Shown piece by piece: positions 58,576-64,000 of a stretch of 64,000 nt of DNA (positions within the stretch are counted from its first letter, which is position 1; the number at the start of each line of letters is the position of its first letter). Under the pieces are notes generated by a model. It did no database searches, was not told the DNA's origin, and was given only the letters and a program-made list of their open reading frames with translations. The translations under genes were made by a program, and so were the position numbers. This DNA comes from an uncultured Candidatus Rokubacteria bacterium (lineage in GTDB: Bacteria; Methylomirabilota; Methylomirabilia; Rokubacteriales; DASRDR01): assembly GCA_963805625.1 (NCBI GenBank), contig CAWDVE010000012.1, forward strand, positions 96,001 to 160,000, in the 5' to 3' direction.

Positions 58576-60039
58576 ATGCGACAAGGCGAAGAGAGCGGAC
58601 CGGGGCCAGAGGACCGTGAAGGCGCGACACGGGAATTGCGGCAGGGGGTAGACCGGGCACGCGGCTTGGTCGAGGAACACTTCCCGGGGCTCTGGCCCGC
58701 GGTGGAGGTGGGATTGTCCGTCTGCGCCACGGTGCTGCTCGCGGATAACAGCAACCCGGTTGCGGTGATCTACGAGGGACCCGCAAGCGGCGGGAAGACG
58801 ACGGTGATCAACATGTTTTCCAGCCATCCGCTGTGCTACCGCTCGGACAACTTCACGCCAGCGGCATTCGTCAGCCACGCGGCCAATCGGACCATGACAG
58901 ACCTGGGCAAGACGGACCTCTTGCCTCGCATTCGGCATAGGGTCCTGGTCACCCCCGAATTGGCGCCGATATTCCGTGGCAAGGAGACGGATCTCACCAG
59001 GACCTTCAGTACGTTGACGCGCGTGATGGACGGCCAGGGATATGTGACGGACAGTGGGACGCACGGCCAGCGCGGGTACAAGGGCGACTACATGTTTGCT
59101 TGGCTAGGCGGCACGACGCCTTTCGAGGACCCCGTGTGGCGGCTGATGGCCCAACTGGGGTCGCGGCTGTTCTTCCTGACGATGGAGGCGCAACAGGACA
59201 CGTCGGAGGACGCGTTGGTCGCGTCCGTCAAGGGCCTGTCGTATCAGGAGCGAGTGCGGGAGTGTCAGCGAGTCGTGGCAGATGTGCTCAATGAGTTGAT
59301 CGCCCCGCATCGAGGCAAGTGTCCAGAGGCGCACCCAGACTGCCCAGCGCGCGCGGTGCAATGGCCGGCGGGAGCGGACCCGGAGACAGTGGTACGAGGG
59401 ATTGCCCGATGGGCGCGTCTGGTGGCGGCTCTACGAAGCATCCCGGTACGGGAGGGCGACGAGGACCGGGGCCGGTCGAGTTACGCGCCCGCGCAGGACG
59501 AGGCCCCCCAGCGCGCCTTCGCCGTGCTGCGGAACCTTGCCGGAGGCCATGCCTTGCTGATGGAGCGACGCCAGCTCGCGGTGGAGGACTTGCCACCGGT
59601 CGCCCGCGTGGCCCTCTCGTCGGTGGGGCGCACGGCCTCCCGGGTGCTGCGGGGCATGATCGCTCGGGGCGTCGCTGCGCTGAGCGCCAAAGACGTGCAG
59701 GGGTTGTTGGGCGCCAGGCACCACGAGACGGCCAGGCGCGTGATGGAGGACCTGGGGCAGCGGGACGTGTTCACGTACGTGGCCGGCTCGCCCATCCAAC
59801 TCTGCCTGGCCGAGGAGTGGACCTGGCTCGTGGCGCGAGAGTTTCGCACGTTGCTGGCCGGCAATGTCAGTGAAGAGGGACTGTGTGGCGACGTCACTTC
59901 CTTACCTACCTCAACGTTAGAAGGAGAGAAAGAGGGGGAGAGCAGCACACAACCCCCGCCGGGTGACATCGAGCAGGGTTGTGTCGCTGACGGGGCGTCA
60001 GACGAGCCTGTGGATCAACGCGAGGTATCCCGTGGCTGA
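58576..60039 (+). CDS. P-loop ATPase, probable replicative helicase-like protein of the element
   Basis: Walker A GPASGGKTT, VLVTPE Walker B-like, TRVMDGQGY, GSRLFF; C-terminal winged-helix-like segment; GAGGAGG RBS. Confidence 0.7.
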   Translation: MRQGEESGPGPEDREGATRELRQGVDRARGLVEEHFPGLWPAVEVGLSVCATVLLADNSNPVAVIYEGPASGGKTTVINMFSSHPLCYRSDNFTPAAFVSHAANRTMTDLGKTDLLPRIRHRVLVTPELAPIFRGKETDLTRTFSTLTRVMDGQGYVTDSGTHGQRGYKGDYMFAWLGGTTPFEDPVWRLMAQLGSRLFFLTMEAQQDTSEDALVASVKGLSYQERVRECQRVVADVLNELIAPHRGKCPEAHPDCPARAVQWPAGADPETVVRGIARWARLVAALRSIPVREGDEDRGRSSYAPAQDEAPQRAFAVLRNLAGGHALLMERRQLAVEDLPPVARVALSSVGRTASRVLRGMIARGVAALSAKDVQGLLGARHHETARRVMEDLGQRDVFTYVAGSPIQLCLAEEWTWLVAREFRTLLAGNVSEEGLCGDVTSLPTSTLEGEKEGESSTQPPPGDIEQGCVADGASDEPVDQREVSRG

Positions 60040-60391
60040 TCGGGCCTGGAAACAGGAAGAGCGCCACGCGGCGCGTCTCCTTGGGGGCCAGCGCTATCCA
60101 GCCAACGGAGGCGGCCTAGTCGACTGTGAGTCGCCGTGGGCCGTCGCGCAGTGTAAGCACGTCCGCCGACTGAGCCTGGCCGAGCTAGAGCGGCTGGCTA
60201 TCGAGGCCGAGCGGGAAGGCGCTGCACGCGGCAAGACTGGGCTGGTGGTCGTTAAGCGACGCGCGGGCCGTGGTTGCTACACGCCGCGACTTTTCGTAAT
60301 GACGGCGGGTACTTGGGTAAGTGTTGTAGGGCGGCGGATCAACCAAATTCAACCTATTCAAAGGGGGACGGATCGGTGGAGCGGCTATTGA
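60032..60391 (+). CDS. Putative PD-(D/E)xK Holliday-junction-resolvase-like nuclease
   Basis: AWKQEER...VD...AQCK motif and LVVVKRR; 119 aa. Confidence 0.6.
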   Translation: MADRAWKQEERHAARLLGGQRYPANGGGLVDCESPWAVAQCKHVRRLSLAELERLAIEAEREGAARGKTGLVVVKRRAGRGCYTPRLFVMTAGTWVSVVGRRINQIQPIQRGTDRWSGY

Positions 60392-60489
60392 GTGTCAAGG
60401 ACGCGGCGGCACTATTGGGATGCAGCGAGGCGGCCATCCGCAGGTGGCTCTCCCAGCGCAAGCTTCAGACCTTCAAGGTTGGGCGGCTG

Positions 60490-61986
60490 GGCCGTGTCCC
60501 GAATGATGTGGAAAAGGCTTCTCGGGGATCGGAGCACGTTGGGCTCGGATCGCGGGCGACGCCCGATTTCGGGGGATACCAGGATATGGGTCGCCCCGTC
60601 AAACGGGATCCTGAGGCAATTGTGCGATTGCGGAATTGAGGCCATTGGCGTCAGGCGGCCTCTTCCGCCTTCGGCGCCGGGATCGTGAACGCGAGGGCCA
60701 TGTCGTGCCAGCCCTCGAGCTTCCGGAAGGAGATCTGCCCTGAGGCCATGAGGCCATAGAGCAGAGCCAGGGCGGCATCCGCCGTGGGAAAGCTCCCTTG
60801 AGTCTTCACCCGACGCCGGAACTCGAGATGCAGACGCTCAATGCTGTTCGTCGTGCGCCAGCTCTTCCACTGGCTCCGGGGGTAGCGGAAGAACGTGAGC
60901 AACTCGGCCCCCGCCTCCTCCAGGCTGGTGACAGCCGCCAGGCAACCCTTGGTCCACTTCTTCACGAAGGCCAGGTACGCGCGCCGGGCGGCGGCCCCGT
61001 CTTCGGCGAAGACGATCGCGTGGTAGTCGTCGCGGAGCTCGTCATGGAGCCGCCGCGGGGCATGGGTCAGCAGGTTCCGGAGCTTGTGGACGGTACACCG
61101 CTGGATCGCCGCCGCCGGCCACGTCCGTTCGACCGCGGCGCGCAGCCCCTTGCCCCCATCGAGGACGCAGAGCTGGGGCGCGCGCACGCCCCGAGCGGCC
61201 AGGTCCTCGCAGACCGCCGCCCAGGCCTCGGCACTCTCGCTCCCGCGGAGCGACAGATGCACCAGGACCTTCTGGCCGCTCCGCTGCACTCCCAGGACGG
61301 CCAGCACCGGGACCGGGCTCACGCGCCCGCCCAGCCGCACCCGCAGGTGAAAGCCATCCAGGTAGAGGGCGACGAGATCGAGATCGGACAGCGTCCGCGC
61401 CCGCCAGGCCTCGAGCTGGGCTTTCAACCCCTGGACGATCCGGCTGATCGCGCTCTTCGACAAGGCCCGGCCCTGCAGCAACGGTTTCAGGGCGCCACGG
61501 ATCCGGCGTGTGTTCGCCCCGCACAGGTAGGCCTGCAGGACGGCCTCGTTGACCTGCCGCATCCGCCGAGCGTAGGCCGGCAGGACCTGGCTCTGCCATT
61601 CGGTGGCGGCGCTGGCTCCGGCCTGCAGACGGGCCCGGGGCACGGTCAGCGTCACGGCGCCCACCGGGCTGGTGATCGTGCGCACCTTCGACCCGTGGCG
61701 ATACCCCACCCGGCTCCCGCCACGCGCGTACGGGGGACCGAGCACCGCGGCGAGCTCCACGGCCACGAGGTGTTCAATGGCCTGCCGCACCACGCTCAGC
61801 ATGTCGGCCTGCAGGGCGGTGGCCCAATCGATGTCGGCCGGCTTGTCCGCGGTCGTCTTCTGTGGCAACGTCGGCATCGGCGTATCTCCTCTCGGTGCGC
61901 CCCGCCAAGGGCGTCAACGGTTGGTGGTCTCCAATCCACCGAGAAGATACGCCATTTCTCTTTTCCACAACTATCGGGACGCCGCC
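60490..61986 (-). mobile_element. IS256 family element
   Basis: ~27-bp imperfect IRs (..GTCCCGA..TGTGGAAAAG); 9-bp TSD GGGCGGCTG (60481-89 and 61987-95). Confidence 0.93.
60651..61877 (-). CDS. IS256 family transposase
   Basis: LYLDG, VLDGGKGL, QRCTVHKLRN, RTTNSIER. Confidence 0.93.
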   Translation of the reverse strand: MPTLPQKTTADKPADIDWATALQADMLSVVRQAIEHLVAVELAAVLGPPYARGGSRVGYRHGSKVRTITSPVGAVTLTVPRARLQAGASAATEWQSQVLPAYARRMRQVNEAVLQAYLCGANTRRIRGALKPLLQGRALSKSAISRIVQGLKAQLEAWRARTLSDLDLVALYLDGFHLRVRLGGRVSPVPVLAVLGVQRSGQKVLVHLSLRGSESAEAWAAVCEDLAARGVRAPQLCVLDGGKGLRAAVERTWPAAAIQRCTVHKLRNLLTHAPRRLHDELRDDYHAIVFAEDGAAARRAYLAFVKKWTKGCLAAVTSLEEAGAELLTFFRYPRSQWKSWRTTNSIERLHLEFRRRVKTQGSFPTADAALALLYGLMASGQISFRKLEGWHDMALAFTIPAPKAEEAA

Positions 61987-62165
61987 GGGCGGCTGACCCG
62001 GGTGCGAGTCTCCGACCTGGAGGCATTCGTCCAGGCGCGCCGTTGACGCCCCGCCAGCAGCGGCTCCTGAGTGGCGCTAGGAGCCCGTAGGAGCCGCCTT
62101 CTCCCCCTGAGCCATGGCGCGGGGCCGCCCCCGATGGGGCCCCGCGTCTCAGGGGACTTGTGTAC

Positions 62166-62185
62166 TGGTATATGATACGATACCA
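62166..62185. promoter_or_regulatory. Putative operator TGGTAT-N8-ATACCA at the Xre-integrase promoter
   Basis: Inverted repeat in an AT-rich patch ending 1 nt before the Xre ATG. Confidence 0.45.
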
Positions 62186-62186
62186 T

Positions 62187-62411
62187 ATGCGACAGATGAT
62201 CCTCCTTCGCTACTGGCGGGAGCGGCGAGGCTACTCGGTGCGCGGGCTGGCGAAGGTGGCCGGCGTGGGTTACGTCAGCATCGTGCGGATCGAGAACGGC
62301 CACATGAGCCCGACCGTCGCCATGCTGGAGAAGCTGGCCGAGGCGCTGGGGATCAGCGTGCGCGATTTCTTCCCGGTGGAGAAGCCTACTGGCAAGAGGA
62401 GGGCACAGTGA
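62187..62411 (+). CDS. Xre-family HTH regulator
   Basis: WRERRGYSVRGLAKVAGV...RIENG..SPTVAMLEKLAEALG; coupled to the integrase gene. Confidence 0.85.
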   Translation: MRQMILLRYWRERRGYSVRGLAKVAGVGYVSIVRIENGHMSPTVAMLEKLAEALGISVRDFFPVEKPTGKRRAQ

Positions 62412-63499
62412 TGAAGCGGGGTCGGAAGGTGCGAGGCGTATTTCTGCGAGAGGGGCAGTGGTGGATTCGCTATGCGTGCACGCTCGGGCACGATCATCGG
62501 AAGCCTAGTGGCGACCTGAAGACCGCAGCAACCGAGGAACACAAGGCCAAGCGCGCAGAGATGCGCGAAGCGCGCAAGGCAGGGCGCGAGTGCTGCCCCC
62601 GACTGGTGCAACGGGAGCGCCCGGTGCTGTTCGATCAGATCGTGGACGACTACATGGAGTACAGCGAGCGTAGCAAGCGCTCGTACCGGGACGACAAGTT
62701 TCGCAAGGCCAGGCTCGTGGCATCGTTCGGTGGCCGGCTTGCCAGTGACATTCGCGCCAAGGATGTCGAGGACTTCAAGGCGGCGCTTGCCGAATCCCGC
62801 AAGGTGGCGACCGTGAATCACCATCTCAAGCTGCTGAAGGCCGTCTTCAACCGAGCGATCCGGCAGGGCCGACTCACCTTCAACCCAGTCACCGCCGTCA
62901 AGCTCTTCCAGGAGCACAATGCTCGCAACCGGTGCCTCAGTCGTGAGGAGGAGGGTCGGCTCCTGAAGGCCCTCCCGGAGCGGCTTCGCCCGCTCGTGGC
63001 AGTCGCGCTCAACACGGGGATGCGCCGGGGCGAACTCCAGGCGCTCCGTTGGTCGGATGTGGACTTCGCCACCGGAACGCTCCATATCCGTCGCGACAAG
63101 GCCGGCGAGGGCCGCTGGGTCGCCTTGAACAGCGCGGCCCGAGATGCCCTCCTGGCCGTCAAACGGGAGCAGAAGGTGCTCGGCTCCTACGTGTTCTGCT
63201 CCCCGGAAGGTCGGTTCCTCCACAACCTGGAGCGTGACTGGCGGCCCGCCCTGGAGACGGCGAAGATCCCGGACTTCCGATTCCACGACTGCCGGCACAC
63301 GTTCGCGTCCCGATTGGCCATGACTCCAGGCGTCGACCTGTACACGGTCCAGCGAGCGGGAGGGTGGAAGAGTCAGGCCATGGTGCAGCGGTACGCCCAC
63401 CTCAGCCCCGACTACGTGAGGGCCGCCGTCGAGCGGATGGCCAGGGGTGAATCCGAGGGTGGAACCGGCACGAAAACCGGCACTGGGCAGCCCGCCTGA
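62411..63499 (+). CDS. Tyrosine recombinase/integrase
   Basis: ATVNHHL, NTGMRRGEL, FHDCRH, GWKS..MVQRYAH catalytic motifs; adjacent to the tRNA att site. Confidence 0.95.
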   Translation: MKRGRKVRGVFLREGQWWIRYACTLGHDHRKPSGDLKTAATEEHKAKRAEMREARKAGRECCPRLVQRERPVLFDQIVDDYMEYSERSKRSYRDDKFRKARLVASFGGRLASDIRAKDVEDFKAALAESRKVATVNHHLKLLKAVFNRAIRQGRLTFNPVTAVKLFQEHNARNRCLSREEEGRLLKALPERLRPLVAVALNTGMRRGELQALRWSDVDFATGTLHIRRDKAGEGRWVALNSAARDALLAVKREQKVLGSYVFCSPEGRFLHNLERDWRPALETAKIPDFRFHDCRHTFASRLAMTPGVDLYTVQRAGGWKSQAMVQRYAHLSPDYVRAAVERMARGESEGGTGTKTGTGQPA

Positions 63500-63534
63500 G
63501 AACGGACCAGACGACGTAAGTACGCGGAAAGTCA

Positions 63535-63611
<77 letters not shown>

Positions 63612-63681
63612 ACGCCTCTTACCGTAGCACGGCCCTCTCGGCGTTCAGGCGGGAACGAGACGGCCGAGCGGGTGGGAAGGG

Positions 63682-63758
63682 TGGTCGGGGCGAGCCGATT
63701 TGAACGGCCGACCTCCTGCTCCCAAGGCAGGCGCGCTACCCGGCTGCGCCACGCCCCG
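63682..63758 (-). tRNA. tRNA-Pro (anticodon TGG)
   Basis: CGGGGCGTGGCGCAGCCGGGTAGCGCGCCTGCCTTGGGAGCAGGAGGTCGGCCGTTCAAATCGGCTCGCCCCGACCA; 77 nt. Confidence 0.97.
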
Positions 63759-63888
63759 ACCCGCTTATCTTACAACACCTTACCGACAGGGCGGCCGGCG
63801 GCCTCAAAGTCCTGCGGACGTTTGGCGGACGGTCCGGTCACCCTGAGTCAGCAACGCATTATATATAGGAAGGCGTCGAAGCTCCGCC

Positions 63889-64000
63889 CTAGGCACCGTC
63901 GCTGAACTCCGACCCCCACTCGGCCGTTCCTCCACAAGTCGGGCACCGGTACTCCACCTCACCGTGGCCCTGCTCGATGATCAGCTTCCCCCGAGGGGCA
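63889..64000 (-). CDS. 3' end of a CxxC-containing protein (partial)
   Basis: ...GKLIIEQGHGEVEYRCPTCGGTAEWGSEFSDGA*. Confidence 0.45.
   Translation of the reverse strand, partial: APRGKLIIEQGHGEVEYRCPTCGGTAEWGSEFSDGA

Larger units (their letters stand above)
60376..62046 (+). pseudogene. Excisionase (HTH_17/Xis) interrupted by IS256
   Basis: Rejoined: MERLLSVKDAAALLGCSEAAIRRWLSQRKLQTFKVGRL|TRVRVSDLEAFVQARR*. Confidence 0.88.

Noticed and set aside
63855-63890. Sigma70 promoter for the tRNA pair (TATAAT at 63858-63863, minus strand)
   Set aside because: No -35 box at a suitable spacing; not supportable from the sequence alone.

Overview
GC-rich bacterial chromosomal window. The expanded orphan ABC_sub_bind proteins and the zinc-ribbon/cyclase/AAA/TPR gene suggest Ca. 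Rokubacteria (Methylomirabilota); this is an inference. The window has four zones. (1) 1-14.5 kb: a minus-strand surface-glycan modification cluster (JmjC, DUF362, a GT2-CoA ligase fusion, three GT-C-like proteins, GT2, AsnB) ending in gene debris. (2) 14.5-26.4 kb: coxM and a catabolic/ABC uptake cluster. (3) 26.8-63.6 kb: three islands accreted in tandem at the 3' end of tRNA-Arg(TCT), marked by att copies at 47621 (perfect), 35866 and 26799 (progressively decayed). (4) tRNA-Arg and tRNA-Pro at the right end. The oldest island is a head-to-tail array of seven orphan substrate-binding-protein genes with conserved junctions, plus one slot where an unrelated DUF3237 gene sits between those same ends, capped by an RHH-MazF toxin-antitoxin pair. 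The middle island hides two 38-bp dif/Xer-like direct repeats bracketing a single DinB-family gene. Both repeats are interrupted at the same TA by different IS630 elements, and one is also hit at its edge by an IS1111 element whose 3' non-coding region carries candidate bridge-RNA guides matching the site. The youngest island is a satellite-like integrative element (integrase, Xre, IS256-disrupted excisionase, ATPase, PEP-CTERM cargo) containing four IS elements. All alignments and coordinates were done by eye; no searches were run.
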